NCBI GenBank assembly: GCA_964291285.2
Contig: OZ219787.1
Span: forward strand, 544,001 to 608,000
Direction: 5' to 3'
Origin: Alphaproteobacteria bacterium
Lineage (GTDB): Bacteria; Pseudomonadota; Alphaproteobacteria; Bin95
Length of the DNA: 64,000 bases
Positions within the stretch are counted from its first letter, which is position 1, and each line of letters opens with the position of its first letter. The translations under genes were made by a program, and so were the position numbers. Below are positions 9,748 through 21,580 of the stretch, piece after piece. The notes beneath the pieces were generated by a model. It saw only the letters and a program-made list of their open reading frames with translations, was not told the DNA's origin and made no database searches.

Positions 9748-11361
9748 ATGGTGAACATTCTCGGCCCCGAACTGCTGCAGATCGCGGATAGCGCGGCGCG
9801 CGAAAAAGGCATCGACCGCGACGAGGTCATCGTTGCCGTGGAACAGGCGATCCAGCGGGCGGGCCGGTCCAAATACGGCCTGGAGCACGATATCCGCGCC
9901 TCCATCGACCGGCAGACCGGGGAAATCCGGCTGGCGCGCTACCGCGAGGTGGTCGAGGACGATGCTGAAATCGAGGACGAATTCGCGCAGATGCCCCTGA
10001 CCCACGCGCAGCGCTACAACGCTTCGGCCAAAGTAGGGGACATGCTGATCGACGACCTGCCGCCGATCGATTTCGGCCGCGTCGCCGCCCAGTCCGCCAA
10101 GCAGGTGATCGTCCAGAAGGTGCGCGAGGCCGAGCGCGCCCGGCAGTACCGGGAGTTCGTCGGGCGGGTCGGCGAGATCGTCAACGGCCTGGTCAAGCGC
10201 AACGAGTTCGGCCATGTGGTCGTCGATCTCGGCCAGGCCGAGGCGGTGCTCCGCAGGGACGAGATCATTCCGCGCGAGCATCCCCGCCGCAATGAGCGGG
10301 TCCGGGCCCTGATCCACGAGGTGCGCGAAGAGACGCGCGGCCCGCAGATCTTCCTGTCGCGCACGCGCAACGAGTTCCTGGTGCGGCTGTTCGCCCAGGA
10401 GGTGCCGGAAATCTACGACGGCATAATTGAAATCCGGGCCGTGGCCCGCGACCCCGGCAGCCGCGCCAAGATCGCGGTGATTTCCAACGACCCGGGCATC
10501 GACCCCGTGGGCGCCTGCGTCGGCATGCGCGGCAGCCGCGTCCAGGCGGTGGTGAGCGAGCTCCACGGCGAAAAGATCGACATCATTCCCTGGTCCGAGG
10601 ACCCGGCGACATTCATCGTCAATGCGCTTGCCCCGGCGGAGGTGGTGAAGGTCGTGCTCGACGAGGAGGACGGGCGCATCGAGGTCGTCGTGCCTGACGA
10701 CCAGTTGAGCCAGGCGATCGGCCGGCGCGGCCAGAATGTCCGCCTGGCAAGCCAGCTTACCGGCTGGTCCATAGACATTCTCACCGAGGCCGAGGAGTCG
10801 GAGCGCCGGCAGGAGGAAATGCGGCAGCGTTCGGCGCTGTTCATCGACGCGCTCGATGTCGATGAGGTCATCGCTCAGCTGCTGGTCAACGAGGGCTTCA
10901 CGACCCTTGAGGAAGTGGCCTATGTCGGCATCGAGGACCTGATGGAGATCGAGGGCTTCGAGGAGGACATCGCGGAGGAATTACAGCGCCGCGCGCAGGA
11001 CTTCCTCGAACAGCAGGCCGCGAGGCTCGATGCCGAGCGCATCGAACTCGGCGTCGCGGACGAACTCGCGGAGCTCGACGGGCTCAACGGCCATATCGTG
11101 GTGGCGCTCGGGCATGCCGGTGTGCTGACGCTGGACGATTTCGCCGACCTTTCGAGCGACGAGCTGCGATTTATCGCAAGCCCGCTGCACGAAGGCCGCG
11201 ACCTCGATGCCATCGCGGCGCTCGAAGAGGAGACGCTCGAAGCCGGTCTTTCGGCGAGCACCCTCGATGTCGAAACGGCGGACACCATGATCATGGCGGC
11301 GCGCGCCCATTGGTTTGACGACGATCCGGCCGGCGACGAGCCGGCCGAAGACCAGTCGTGA
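9748..11361 (+). CDS. nusA: Transcription termination/antitermination factor NusA
   Basis: [51 protein letters not shown] motifs. Confidence 0.98.
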   Translation: MVNILGPELLQIADSAAREKGIDRDEVIVAVEQAIQRAGRSKYGLEHDIRASIDRQTGEIRLARYREVVEDDAEIEDEFAQMPLTHAQRYNASAKVGDMLIDDLPPIDFGRVAAQSAKQVIVQKVREAERARQYREFVGRVGEIVNGLVKRNEFGHVVVDLGQAEAVLRRDEIIPREHPRRNERVRALIHEVREETRGPQIFLSRTRNEFLVRLFAQEVPEIYDGIIEIRAVARDPGSRAKIAVISNDPGIDPVGACVGMRGSRVQAVVSELHGEKIDIIPWSEDPATFIVNALAPAEVVKVVLDEEDGRIEVVVPDDQLSQAIGRRGQNVRLASQLTGWSIDILTEAEESERRQEEMRQRSALFIDALDVDEVIAQLLVNEGFTTLEEVAYVGIEDLMEIEGFEEDIAEELQRRAQDFLEQQAARLDAERIELGVADELAELDGLNGHIVVALGHAGVLTLDDFADLSSDELRFIASPLHEGRDLDAIAALEEETLEAGLSASTLDVETADTMIMAARAHWFDDDPAGDEPAEDQS

Positions 11362-11377
11362 GGAGGCAGGCGGGACC

Positions 11378-11986
11378 GTGGCCAGGGCGGCGACACAGGA
11401 CGACGGCGGCATGCGCCGATGCGTCGCGACACGGCAGAGCCGGCCGCGCCGGGAGCTGATCCGGTTCGTCATCGGGCCCGACGGCGGGCTTGCGCCCGAC
11501 CTCGAGGAGAAATTGCCGGGACGCGGCTATTGGGTCGGAGCCGATCCGGAGAGCCTTGAAGCGGCCCGGTGCGGGCGGGCATTCCAGCGCGCCGCAAGGC
11601 GGCCGCTTTCCGTGCCCGGCGATCTGGAGGCGCGCGTCGAGGCCGGCCTTGCGAAGCGTTGCTGCAGCCTTCTGGGGCTGGCGCGCCGTTCGGGTTTGCT
11701 TGCGGCCGGCTATGAGGGTGCATGCGACTGGCTTCGGGAGGGCCGCGGCGCGGTTCTGGTCGAGGCGCTGGACGGCGCGGAGAACGGGAGGCGGGCGCTG
11801 GCCGGCATGGCGCGGGGCCTGCCCGTCATGTCGGTTTTGACGGCCGCCGAGATGGGCGCGGCAATTGGGCGTGACTTTACGGTCCATGCGGTGCTAGGTC
11901 CGGGGCGGCTGGCGGAGCGGTTCATGCTCGAAGCCGGGCGGCTGGCCGGCTTCCGCAATGGAACGGCGGACGGGAGACAAGGATGA
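11378..11986 (+). CDS. YlxR/DUF448 - L7Ae-like RNA-binding fusion protein
   Basis: [21 protein letters not shown] and LLGLARRSG; located between nusA and infB; AGGAGG RBS. Confidence 0.85.
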   Translation: MARAATQDDGGMRRCVATRQSRPRRELIRFVIGPDGGLAPDLEEKLPGRGYWVGADPESLEAARCGRAFQRAARRPLSVPGDLEARVEAGLAKRCCSLLGLARRSGLLAAGYEGACDWLREGRGAVLVEALDGAENGRRALAGMARGLPVMSVLTAAEMGAAIGRDFTVHAVLGPGRLAERFMLEAGRLAGFRNGTADGRQG

Positions 11987-14616
11987 CCGAAAGCGGCGAA
12001 CGCGACAGCGGCAAGCTCAGCCTTTCCCGCCCGGGTAAGCTGGAGTTGAAGAAAACGGTAGGGGCCGGAAAGGTTCGCCAGAGCTTTTCCCATGGCCGGT
12101 CAAAGCAGGTGACGGTGGAGGTCAAGCGCAAACGCACGATCATCACCGAAAAGCCGGGCAAGGAGGCCCAGCAGACGGCTGGCGGGCTCAGCACCGAAGA
12201 ACGGGCAGCGCGGGCAAGGGCGCTGCAATCCCGCCCGAAGGCGCCTTCCGCTCCTGCCCCGGCGGCCGAAGCGACGCCGGAGGCAGCTCCGCCTGCTCCT
12301 CCTCCAACGCCGCAGAGTCCGGAGGAAATCCAGGCCGAACAGCGGGCGCGTGAGCTGGCTGATCTCAAGGCCGCCAACGCGGAAGAACAGCGCAAGCAGG
12401 AAGAAATCGAAGCGCGGCGTCAGGAAGAGGAAGAAAAGAAGCGCGCTGCCGAGGAAGCCCGTCGCGATGCGGTGCGCCAGGCGGAGCCGGCGCGCGGCGA
12501 ACGGCATGGCGGCGCCTCCGCCCGCCGCCCTGCCGACGCAGGAGCCCGTCGGGCGCGTCCGGCAGGGCGCACGTCGGCCCGACCGCCCGAAGCCCCGGTT
12601 CCGCCCGTCGAGCTTCCGGGCGGGCGGCGCACCGCGGGACGGGACGAAGAAGACCGCGGCGGGCGGCGGCGCGGCGACAAAAGGCCGGCCGCGCAGCAGC
12701 GCCGGACGGAGCCTCGCCGGCGCGCCGGCAAGCTCACCATCGTCCAGGCGCTCGACGAGGAAGTCGAACAGGAGCGGCAGCGTTCGCTGGCGTCCGTGCG
12801 CCGGGCTCGTGAGCGTGAGCGCCAGCGCCAGGCGTCGGGTGAGGGGCAGCAGTTCATTCAGCGCGAAGTCATCGTGCCCGAATCCATCCTCATCAGCGAA
12901 CTGGCCAACCGGATGGCCACGCGCGCGGTCGACGTGATTCGCGTCCTGATGCAGAACGGCATCCGGGCAATGCCGTCGCAGACAATCGATGCCGATACGG
13001 CCGAACTCGTGGTGGAGGAGTTCGGGCACCGTGTCATTCGCGTCGCGGAAAGCGATGTCGAAGAGGGGCTTTCCGGTCTCCCGGATGACGAAGCCGATCT
13101 CAAGCCGCGTGCGCCGGTGGTGACCGTCATGGGCCATGTCGATCATGGCAAGACTTCGCTTCTCGACGCGCTGCGGCAGACGGATGTGGTCAGCGGCGAG
13201 GCGGGGGGCATCACCCAGCATATCGGCGCATACCGGATACGAACCCCGTCCGGCGCTGACATCACCTTCCTCGATACGCCGGGCCATGAGGCCTTCTCGG
13301 CGATGCGCGCGCGCGGTTCCCGCGCTACCGATATCGTGATCCTGGTGGTCGCTGCCGATGACAGCGTCCAGCCGCAAACAGTCGAGGCCATTGCGCACGC
13401 GAAGGCGGCGGAGGCCCCGATCATCGTCGCCATTAACAAGGTGGACCGGCCGGAAGCCGACGCGCAACGGGTCCGGAACGACCTTCTGCAGCACGAACTC
13501 GTTGCGGAGGAATTCGGCGGCGAGGTGCAAATGGTAGAGGTGTCAGCGACCCGGAAGACCGGTCTTGACGCTCTCGAAGAGGCCATTTTGCTTCAGGCTG
13601 ACGTCATGGAACTCAGGGCAAATCCGGACCGCCGGGCGAGCGGCATTGTCGTCGAGGCGCAGCTGGACCGGGGTCGCGGCGCGGTTGCGACTGTCCTGGT
13701 TCAGAACGGAACGCTCAAGGTAGGCGACATCGTTGTCGCCGGCGCGGAATGGGGCAAGGTCCGCGCCATGGTGGACGACCGGACCGGCCGGGTGAAATCG
13801 GCCGGTCCCTCGGTGCCGGTCGAAGTGCTGGGCCTGTCCGGTCCGCCCGTCGCCGGCGACGAGGTCGTCGTCGTGGACAGCGAGGGGCGCGCCCGCGAGG
13901 TCACCGAATATCGGGAGCGGCGCGACCGGGCAGCGCAGGCGGCCCCGGTCAAGCGCGGTTCGATAGACGATATTTTCAAGAGCCTCGCAGCCGGCAAGAC
14001 CGAGAAGGTGCCGCTCGTCGTGAAGGCGGATGTGCAGGGGTCGGTCGAGGCGATTGTCGGCGCGCTCGCGAAGCTCGGCAGCGACGAAGTGCAGGTCGAT
14101 GTGCTGCATAGCGGCGTGGGCGGAGTCTCGGAAAGCGATGTCACCCTCGCGCATGCGTCGGGCGGCTTCATCATCGGCTTCAATGTCCGCGCCGGGAGCC
14201 CGGCCCGCCTCGCCGCGCAGCAGAATGGCGTCGATATCCGCTACTACTCGATCATCTACGAGTTGATCGACGACATCCGGGAAGCGATGGTCGGCAAGCT
14301 GGCGCCCGAATTGCGTGAACGCCAGATCGGCCAGGCGGACATCCGGGAAGTCTTCAACATCACCCGCGTGGGCAAGGTGGCCGGTTGCCGGGTCATCGAG
14401 GGGGTGGTCCGGCGCGGCGCCGGCGTGCGGCTTCTGCGCGACAATATCGTCATCCACGAGGGCAGACTGGCGACCCTCAAGCGGTTCAAGGAAGAACAGC
14501 GGGAAGTCCGCGAAGGCTTCGAGTGCGGCATGTCGTTCGAGTCCTACCAGGACATTCAGGTCGGCGATGTCATCGAATGCTTCGAAACCGAGGAAGTGCA
14601 ACGCACGCTGCCATGA
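11983..14616 (+). CDS. infB: Translation initiation factor IF-2
   Basis: [22 protein letters not shown] GTPase motifs; N-terminal [10 protein letters not shown]. Confidence 0.98.
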   Translation: MTESGERDSGKLSLSRPGKLELKKTVGAGKVRQSFSHGRSKQVTVEVKRKRTIITEKPGKEAQQTAGGLSTEERAARARALQSRPKAPSAPAPAAEATPEAAPPAPPPTPQSPEEIQAEQRARELADLKAANAEEQRKQEEIEARRQEEEEKKRAAEEARRDAVRQAEPARGERHGGASARRPADAGARRARPAGRTSARPPEAPVPPVELPGGRRTAGRDEEDRGGRRRGDKRPAAQQRRTEPRRRAGKLTIVQALDEEVEQERQRSLASVRRARERERQRQASGEGQQFIQREVIVPESILISELANRMATRAVDVIRVLMQNGIRAMPSQTIDADTAELVVEEFGHRVIRVAESDVEEGLSGLPDDEADLKPRAPVVTVMGHVDHGKTSLLDALRQTDVVSGEAGGITQHIGAYRIRTPSGADITFLDTPGHEAFSAMRARGSRATDIVILVVAADDSVQPQTVEAIAHAKAAEAPIIVAINKVDRPEADAQRVRNDLLQHELVAEEFGGEVQMVEVSATRKTGLDALEEAILLQADVMELRANPDRRASGIVVEAQLDRGRGAVATVLVQNGTLKVGDIVVAGAEWGKVRAMVDDRTGRVKSAGPSVPVEVLGLSGPPVAGDEVVVVDSEGRAREVTEYRERRDRAAQAAPVKRGSIDDIFKSLAAGKTEKVPLVVKADVQGSVEAIVGALAKLGSDEVQVDVLHSGVGGVSESDVTLAHASGGFIIGFNVRAGSPARLAAQQNGVDIRYYSIIYELIDDIREAMVGKLAPELRERQIGQADIREVFNITRVGKVAGCRVIEGVVRRGAGVRLLRDNIVIHEGRLATLKRFKEEQREVREGFECGMSFESYQDIQVGDVIECFETEEVQRTLP

Positions 14617-14981
14617 AGCCGGACCGGAACGGGCCGCGGAGGCTTCGCATGGGCGAGACGGTCCGTCATGCGATGGCCGGCATCCTCGCCCGCGCCTCTT
14701 TTCGCGACCCGGACCTGCAGGCGCTGGACATGGTGACTGTGTCCGAGGTTGTCATGTCGCCCGACCTGAAGCAGGCGACGGCGTTCGTCTCCATGATGGG
14801 ACGCGACGATACCGACGATACGGTCGCGGCGCTCAACCGCGCCGCAGGCCGCATTCGGGGCGAACTGGGCCGCATGCTTGACGCCAAATTCACACCCCGG
14901 CTCCGGTTTCAGCGCGACCGCAGCTTTGAAGAGGCTGACCGGATTGAAGCGCTGATCCGGCGGAATCAGCATGGCTCGTAG
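14613..14981 (+). CDS. rbfA: Ribosome-binding factor A
   Basis: [15 protein letters not shown] and KFTPRLRF motifs; located between infB and truB. Confidence 0.93.
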   Translation: MKPDRNGPRRLRMGETVRHAMAGILARASFRDPDLQALDMVTVSEVVMSPDLKQATAFVSMMGRDDTDDTVAALNRAAGRIRGELGRMLDAKFTPRLRFQRDRSFEEADRIEALIRRNQHGS

Positions 14982-15900
14982 GCGCCAGAAACGACCCGAC
15001 CTCAATGGCTGGATTGTCGTGGACAAGGCCGCCGGGATGACCTCCACCGCGGTCTGCAACCGGATCAAGCGATTGAGCGGAGGCGCCAAGATCGGGCATG
15101 GCGGGGCGTTGGACCCGCTTGCGACCGGGGTGTTGCCCATCGCTCTCGGCCAGGCGACCAAGACGGTCTCCTGGGTCATGGACGGCAGCAAGGTCTATCG
15201 TTTCACTCTGCGCTGGGGCGAGGCCCGCGATACCGACGATGCCGACGGCAGTGTGACGGAAACCAGTGCGGTTCGCCCCGACGACGATGCGATCCGCGGC
15301 GCGTTGCCGGCGTTCACCGGCCGGATCATGCAGGTGCCGCCACGATATTCCGCGGTCAAGATCGGAGGAAAGCGGGCCTACAACCTGGCCCGTGCCGACC
15401 AGGAGCCTGACCTGTCGGCGCGTCCCGCCGAAGTAATCGAACTGCGCCTCGAACGCCGGCTCGACGATGACCGGACGGAATTCACGGCGGAAACCGGCAA
15501 GGGCGTTTATGTCCGCGCCATTGCGCGCGATCTTGCCGCAGCGCTCGGCACGGTCGGACATGTCTCCGCCCTCCGGCGGTTGCGTGTCGGGCCGTTTCGC
15601 GTCGAGGACGCCATTACGCTGGAAGAATTGGAATCTCTGGCCCATATAGGCCCGGAAAGTGTATTCTTGCTGCCGACGGACAGGTCGCTGGCCGACATCC
15701 CGGCTCTGTCCGTCTCGGAGCAGGAGGCCGCTGCGCTCAGGAATGGACAGGCGCTGCGGCTGTTTGGTGCGGGCGATCTTTCGCGGATCGCCGGGTTCTG
15801 TGACGGCATGACGATCCGCGCCCGGATGGGCGAGGATCTGGTCGCTGTAGCCCGGTACGAGTCCGGAACGGTTCGGCCCGTGCGAGTCGTCAATCCGTAG
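14971..15900 (+). CDS. truB: tRNA pseudouridine(55) synthase TruB
   Basis: [36 protein letters not shown] motifs. Confidence 0.95.
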   Translation: MARRRQKRPDLNGWIVVDKAAGMTSTAVCNRIKRLSGGAKIGHGGALDPLATGVLPIALGQATKTVSWVMDGSKVYRFTLRWGEARDTDDADGSVTETSAVRPDDDAIRGALPAFTGRIMQVPPRYSAVKIGGKRAYNLARADQEPDLSARPAEVIELRLERRLDDDRTEFTAETGKGVYVRAIARDLAAALGTVGHVSALRRLRVGPFRVEDAITLEELESLAHIGPESVFLLPTDRSLADIPALSVSEQEAAALRNGQALRLFGAGDLSRIAGFCDGMTIRARMGEDLVAVARYESGTVRPVRVVNP

Positions 15901-15922
15901 CTGCAAGGAACGAGAGCAACAG

Positions 15923-16192
15923 ATGTCGATTACCGCCGCAAGAAAGGCCGAACTCATCCATGAGTTCCGCACGAACAACGATGACACGGGATCGCCGGAG
16001 GTGCAGGTGGCGATCCTGACGGAACGCATCCGAAACCTGACAGAGCACCTCCAGACCCACAAGAAGGACCGCCATTCGCGCCGCGGCCTGCTGGTCATGG
16101 TCGGCCAACGCCGCGGCCTGCTGGACTATCTGCGCAGGAAGGACAACGGGCGCTATCGATCGCTGATCGAACGCCTCGGCCTGCGCCGCTGA
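15923..16192 (+). CDS. rpsO: 30S ribosomal protein S15
   Basis: [28 protein letters not shown]. Confidence 0.99.
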   Translation: MSITAARKAELIHEFRTNNDDTGSPEVQVAILTERIRNLTEHLQTHKKDRHSRRGLLVMVGQRRGLLDYLRRKDNGRYRSLIERLGLRR

Positions 16193-16198
16193 CGACGG

Positions 16199-16220
16199 GG
16201 ACGCCGGAAGGCCGGCGTCC
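16199..16220 (+). other. Intercistronic stem-loop between rpsO and pnp
   Basis: GGACGCCGG-AAGG-CCGGCGTCC perfect 9-bp stem; no U-tract, so a processing or stabilising role is more likely than termination. Confidence 0.55.
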
Positions 16221-16283
16221 GAAGGAAAACATGCAAAGGGCCGCACCATCCGGGTTGCGGCCGTGGAAAGGATTGCATCCGAT

Positions 16284-18398
16284 ATGTTCGATATCGTCCG
16301 CAAGGAAATCAACTGGGGCGGACGCCCGCTGGTCCTCGAGACCGGCCGCATCGCCCGCCAAGCCGACGCAGCCGTCATGGCAAGCCTCGGAGAAACGGCG
16401 GTGCTGTGCACTGTGGTCGCGGAGAAGAGCCCGAGAGTCGGGCTCGACTTCTTCCCGCTTACCGTCAACTATCAGGAAAAAACCTATGCTGCCGGCAAGA
16501 TTCCCGGCGGTTTCTTCAAGCGCGAGGCGCGGCCGAGCGAGAAGGAGACGCTGACATCCCGGCTAATCGACCGGCCGATCCGGCCGCTCTTCGCCAAGGG
16601 CTTTCGCAACGAAACCCAAATTGTCTGCACGGTGATGAGCCACGATCTAGAAAACGACCCTGATATCGTGGCGCTCGTCGGCACCTCTGCTGCGCTGACG
16701 CTTTCGGGTATCCCGTTTCTCGGCCCCATTGCCGGCGCCCGGGTCGGCGTCATCGACGGCGAGTTCGTCCTCAATCCCACAACGGAGCAAATGCAGTCTT
16801 CGACCCTGGACCTTGTGGTCGCGGGCACCTCTCAAGGCGTGCTCATGGTGGAGTCGGAAGCGCAGGAACTTCCCGAGCAGCAGATGCTGGATGCCGTGAT
16901 GTTCGGCCATCGGGGTTTTCTGCCGATCATCGACACCATCATCGACATGGCAGAGGAATGCGCCAAAGAGCCGTGGGATCTGCCCGATCCCGAAGCCGGG
17001 ACCGAGGAGGCGAAGGCCAAAGTCTATGAAATGGGTCGCGCGCGTCTGGCGGATGCATACGCCCTTCGCGAGAAGCAGGCCCGTCAGACGGCCATTTCGG
17101 CCGCCAAGACGGAGGCGCTCACCAAGCTGGAAGCAGCCGGCACGGACCCGGCGCTCGCCGCCCCGTTCTTCAAGGACCTTGAGCGCGACATCGTGCGCGG
17201 CGCCATTCTGGACACGAGCAAGCGGATCGACGATCGCGACCTGGAAACGGTGCGCCCCATCGACTGCCAGGTCGGCATCCTGCCTCGTCAGCACGGAAGC
17301 GCGCTGTTCACCCGTGGCGAGACGCAGGCGATCGTGGTCTCCACGCTCGGCACGTCACAGGATGAGCAGATTGTTGATGCGCTGGACGGCGAGTATCGCG
17401 AACACTTCATGCTCCATTACAACTTCCCGCCTTATTCCACCGGCGAGGCGCGGATGCTGCGCGCTCCGGGTCGGCGGGAAATCGGACACGGCAAGCTGGC
17501 CTGGCGTGCCGTCCGCCCTCTGCTGCCGAAGAAGGAGGACTTCCCCTACACCATTCGCGTCGTTTCCGAGATCACGGAATCGAACGGGTCGTCTTCAATG
17601 GCATCGGTCTGCGGCGCATCGCTGTCGCTGATGGATGCCGGTGTTCCGCTGAAGCGTCCGGTCGCCGGCATTGCGATGGGCCTCATCAAGGAAGGCGACC
17701 GGTTTGCGGTGCTCTCGGATATTCTGGGCGATGAGGACCATCTGGGCGACATGGACTTCAAGGTCGCTGGGACCGAGGCCGGCGTGACCTCGCTGCAGAT
17801 GGACATCAAGATCACCTCGATCACCGAGGACATCATGCGCACCGCGCTGGAGCAGGCGCAGCAGGGCCGGATGCATATCCTTGCGGAGATGGCCAGGGCG
17901 CTCGACACGGCCCGCGACGATGTGAGCGACTTCGCGCCGCGCATGACCACCATGTCCATCCCGCGCGACAAGATCCGCGAAGTGATCGGCTCGGGCGGCA
18001 AGGTCATCCGCGAGATCGTGGATACCACCGGCGCCAAGGTCGACATCGACGACGACGGCACGATCAAGGTTTCGTCGGTCGATCCCAGGGCTTCCGAGGC
18101 CGCAATCGAGTGGATCAAGGGCATCGTTGCCGAGCCGGAAGTCGGCGCTATCTATACCGGCAAGGTGGTCAAGATCGTCGATTTCGGAGCCTTCGTGAAC
18201 TTCCTGGGCAGCCGCGACGGGCTCGTCCATATCAGCGAGCTTGCGCCGCAGCGGGTCAAGACCGTCGGCGATGTCGTGGAACAGGGCGACGAGGTGAAGG
18301 TCAAGGTGTTGCGCGTGGACGACCGCGGCAAGGTGAGCCTCTCGATGAAGTCCGTCGACCAGGAGACCGGGGCGGACCTGACGGCAGCAGCGGACTGA
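16284..18398 (+). CDS. pnp: Polyribonucleotide nucleotidyltransferase (PNPase)
   Basis: [26 protein letters not shown] motifs; KH and S1 domains. Confidence 0.99.
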   Translation: MFDIVRKEINWGGRPLVLETGRIARQADAAVMASLGETAVLCTVVAEKSPRVGLDFFPLTVNYQEKTYAAGKIPGGFFKREARPSEKETLTSRLIDRPIRPLFAKGFRNETQIVCTVMSHDLENDPDIVALVGTSAALTLSGIPFLGPIAGARVGVIDGEFVLNPTTEQMQSSTLDLVVAGTSQGVLMVESEAQELPEQQMLDAVMFGHRGFLPIIDTIIDMAEECAKEPWDLPDPEAGTEEAKAKVYEMGRARLADAYALREKQARQTAISAAKTEALTKLEAAGTDPALAAPFFKDLERDIVRGAILDTSKRIDDRDLETVRPIDCQVGILPRQHGSALFTRGETQAIVVSTLGTSQDEQIVDALDGEYREHFMLHYNFPPYSTGEARMLRAPGRREIGHGKLAWRAVRPLLPKKEDFPYTIRVVSEITESNGSSSMASVCGASLSLMDAGVPLKRPVAGIAMGLIKEGDRFAVLSDILGDEDHLGDMDFKVAGTEAGVTSLQMDIKITSITEDIMRTALEQAQQGRMHILAEMARALDTARDDVSDFAPRMTTMSIPRDKIREVIGSGGKVIREIVDTTGAKVDIDDDGTIKVSSVDPRASEAAIEWIKGIVAEPEVGAIYTGKVVKIVDFGAFVNFLGSRDGLVHISELAPQRVKTVGDVVEQGDEVKVKVLRVDDRGKVSLSMKSVDQETGADLTAAAD

Positions 18399-18403
18399 CG
18401 CCG

Positions 18404-19801
18404 ATGGCGGTCGTGCGCCCGGTCCTCTTCTCCGGCCGCGAGGTCTTTCCGCTCATCGAGGGCGGCAAGGGCATTGCGATCTCGAACGGGGAGAGTTCGG
18501 GCGCATGGGCCGCCTGCGGCGGCGTCGGGACATTCTCCGGCGTCAACGCCGACAGCTTCCGCGAAGACGGTTCCGCCATCGCCCAGAACTATTACGGCAA
18601 GACCCGGCGCGAGCGGCATGAGGAACTGCTCGCGCACGCCATCCGGGGCGCGATCCACCAGGCCCGCATCGCGTATGACAGCGCGGGCGGACAGGGCCGC
18701 ATACATATGAACGTGCTCTGGGAGATGGCGGGCGCAGAGCGCGTTCTGAATTCCGTCATGGAAGGCGCCAAGGGCCTGATCCACGGCATTACCTGCGGGG
18801 CCGGAATGCCGTACCGGCTGGCCGAACTCGCAGCGCGTTTCGGCGTCCACTACTACCCGATCATTTCCTCGGCCCGCGCCTTTCGCGCGCTCTGGAAGCG
18901 GGCTTACCGCAAGTTTCCGAACCTGCTTGGCGGCGTGGTCTATGAGGACCCGTGGCTGGCCGGCGGGCACAACGGCCTCTCCAACGTCGAAGACCCGAAC
19001 CGGCCGGAGGACCCCCGTCCGAGGGTCGTGCAGTTGCGCCGGCAGATGACGGAAGTCGGTCTTGCCCACGTTCCGATCATCATGGCCGGCGGCGTCTGGT
19101 GGCTGGATGAGTGGTCCCACTGGATCGAGGACCCGGACATCGCGCCGGTCGCCTTCCAGTTCGGCACCCGGCCTCTGCTGACCCAGGAAAGCCCGATCTC
19201 CGACGAGTGGAAGCACAAGCTGCTGACGCTCCGGGAAGGCGATGTTTTCCTCAACCGCTTCAGCCCGACCGGCTTCTATTCGTCGGCCGTGCGCAATGCC
19301 TTCCTGGACGAACTGCGCGAGCGCGCGGAACACCAGATCGCATTCTCGTCGGAGCCCGTCGGCGGCCACGATGTCGCATTCCCGGTCGGTCCGCGCGGGC
19401 GGGCTGTTTATGTCTCCGGCGACGACAAAGTGCGCGCCGAGGGCTGGATCGGCGCCGGCTTTTCCGAGGCCATGCGCACACCCGATTCGACCCTGGTGTT
19501 CGTGACGCCGGAGCGCCGGCGCCAGATCCTGACGGACCAGATCGAGTGCATGGGATGCCTGTCGGCCTGCCAGTTCAGCAATTGGTCGCAGAACGAGGCG
19601 GGCACGACGGGACGCAAGGCCGACCCCCGCTCCTTCTGCATCCAGAAGACGCTGCAGCAGATCAGCCACGGCGGGTCGGTCGAGGAACAGCTGATGTTCT
19701 CCGGCCACAACGCTTACCGCTTCCGGTCGGACCCCTTCTATGCGAACGGGTTCGTCCCAACCGTCAAGCAGCTGTTCGAACGAATCCTGACCGGCAGGTA
19801 G
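18404..19801 (+). CDS. Nitronate monooxygenase/FabK-FabX-like flavin oxidoreductase with C-terminal Cys cluster
   Basis: PLIEGGKGIAIS, GAGMP, AGGHNG, IMAGGV, FQFGTR and CMGCLSAC..CIQ motifs. Confidence 0.8.
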   Translation: MAVVRPVLFSGREVFPLIEGGKGIAISNGESSGAWAACGGVGTFSGVNADSFREDGSAIAQNYYGKTRRERHEELLAHAIRGAIHQARIAYDSAGGQGRIHMNVLWEMAGAERVLNSVMEGAKGLIHGITCGAGMPYRLAELAARFGVHYYPIISSARAFRALWKRAYRKFPNLLGGVVYEDPWLAGGHNGLSNVEDPNRPEDPRPRVVQLRRQMTEVGLAHVPIIMAGGVWWLDEWSHWIEDPDIAPVAFQFGTRPLLTQESPISDEWKHKLLTLREGDVFLNRFSPTGFYSSAVRNAFLDELRERAEHQIAFSSEPVGGHDVAFPVGPRGRAVYVSGDDKVRAEGWIGAGFSEAMRTPDSTLVFVTPERRRQILTDQIECMGCLSACQFSNWSQNEAGTTGRKADPRSFCIQKTLQQISHGGSVEEQLMFSGHNAYRFRSDPFYANGFVPTVKQLFERILTGR

Positions 19802-19812
19802 CTGCCGGGACG

Positions 19813-20595
19813 TCAGACGGCGGTCATGCCCCCGTCGATCACCAGTTCCGCACCGGTCATCCAGCCCGACTCGTCGCTCGCCAGGAACAGGCAGCCATTG
19901 GCGATGTCGCTCGGCTTGCCGAAGCGGCCCATCGGTGTCTCGTCCAGCCGGGGCCGGGCGAGGTCCGGATTGCTGTGGACGGCCTCGGTCATCGGCGTGT
20001 CGACATAGCCCGGATGGACAGAGTTCACCCGGATGCCGTCCTTCGCATATTGCGCGGCGGCGGATTTGGTGAACGTCCTGACAGCGCCCTTGGACGCATG
20101 ATAGGCGGCATTGTGGACCGAGCCGACGATGCCGTAGATCGACGAGATGTTGATGATCGAGCCGCCGCCGGCCGCCTGCATTGCCGCGATGGCATGCTTG
20201 GTGCCGAGAAAGACGCCGGTAGAGTTCACATCCATAATCCGGTTCCAGTTCGCCAGGTCCGCCGCGCCGATGCGCGGGGCCGCCGAACCGTCCGGCATCC
20301 GGCCCGAGACGCCGGCGGCATTGAGCATGATGTCGAGGCGCCCGAAACGTTCGACCACCTCCCGCACCGCTTCGCGCCACTGGTCTTCATCCGCGGTGTC
20401 GAGATGGACATAGCAGGCCGCAGCGCCCGCGGCCTCGACATCACGGACAACCAGCGGACCGAGATTGTCGTTGATATCCGCGACCGCCACGCTCGCACCA
20501 TGCTCGGCGAACAGGCGCGCGCTTGCCGCCCCGATGCCCGACGCACCGCCGGTAATCATCGCCACCTTGCCCTGAAGCCGTCTTGCCTCGGCCAT
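19813..20595 (-). CDS. Short-chain dehydrogenase/reductase
   Basis: TGGASGIG, NAAG, YHASK, RVNSVHPG motifs. Confidence 0.93.
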   Translation of the reverse strand: MAEARRLQGKVAMITGGASGIGAASARLFAEHGASVAVADINDNLGPLVVRDVEAAGAAACYVHLDTADEDQWREAVREVVERFGRLDIMLNAAGVSGRMPDGSAAPRIGAADLANWNRIMDVNSTGVFLGTKHAIAAMQAAGGGSIINISSIYGIVGSVHNAAYHASKGAVRTFTKSAAAQYAKDGIRVNSVHPGYVDTPMTEAVHSNPDLARPRLDETPMGRFGKPSDIANGCLFLASDESGWMTGAELVIDGGMTAV

Positions 20596-20633
20596 CGGCC
20601 GCCCTCCCCTGCCGGATTCGTTCTGCAACTACC

Positions 20634-21515
20634 TTATGCCTCGACGGCGTCCGCGAAAATACGAACGGACTCGCTGAGCGGCCTCGACCGGTCCCAGGTC
20701 TCTTTCGTCTCTTCGGCAAGCGGCGTCCGGGCCAGCAGCCGGAACAGGTCCTCCGCGCCCCGGTGGAACCCGGTCGTCATGCCGAGGCTCTCGAAGAACG
20801 CGGCTATCTCCACCATCTCCGGGTGGAAGCGGTGGGCGTCCGCAGGCAGCAGGCCGATGCGGTCCTCCATGCGCGACAGCACCTCCGGCTGGCTGAAGGC
20901 AAGTTCCGCGCGCAGTTCTTCGGAGAGGCCGGCGCGCTCCGCGGCTGTCAATACGGCCGCCTGGAGTGCCCAGTATCCCTTGTTGAGGGCGGAATAGAGC
21001 ATCTTCTGCGCCGAAGCTCTACCGACCTCGGGACCGAGCGGACGAACGATTATCCTTTCCGAAGTCAGTACTTCCATGACTGTCGCCGGCGCCCCGGAGA
21101 CATAGAACCGCGTCGGCTTTCCCCCCTTGGGAGACGGGCCGACAATGCCGCCGTCCACGAAGCGCTCAGCCGGAAACCCGGCCGCGATGCGCCGCACGGT
21201 TTCCGGCGCAACGGCATTCATGTCGGCGAAGACCGGCCCATCCGCGCCGATCCGCCCCGCCAGTTCCGCCGCAAAGCCCTCTGCGGCGGCCGGCGGCATG
21301 ATCGACAGCACAAGGTCCGATTCCGCCGCCACGGCATCGAGCGAACCCAAATCCTCGAAGCCGGCGGCTTCCGCGAGTGCGCGCGTCCTGTCGCTCCGCC
21401 CGGAAAGGTCCGTGACGACGCGGAGCCCGCTGCATTCCCGCAAGGCCCGCCCGACGCCATGCCCCATATCGCCGGGGCTGAGTATGCCGACTGTCTTCAA
21501 GGTCGCATGCTGCAT
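20634..21515 (-). CDS. NAD(P)-dependent oxidoreductase (3-hydroxyisobutyrate/6PGD-like, DUF1932-type)
   Basis: GILSPGDMG Rossmann motif, DMNAVAP, FVDGGIVG, KMLYSALNKG. Confidence 0.8.
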   Translation of the reverse strand: MQHATLKTVGILSPGDMGHGVGRALRECSGLRVVTDLSGRSDRTRALAEAAGFEDLGSLDAVAAESDLVLSIMPPAAAEGFAAELAGRIGADGPVFADMNAVAPETVRRIAAGFPAERFVDGGIVGPSPKGGKPTRFYVSGAPATVMEVLTSERIIVRPLGPEVGRASAQKMLYSALNKGYWALQAAVLTAAERAGLSEELRAELAFSQPEVLSRMEDRIGLLPADAHRFHPEMVEIAAFFESLGMTTGFHRGAEDLFRLLARTPLAEETKETWDRSRPLSESVRIFADAVEA

Positions 21516-21580
21516 CCGGCTCTTCCCTCCCGCTCCCCGCTCCGGCAAGTTTAGGGGGAAGCGAGAGGAGGGGCACCCCC

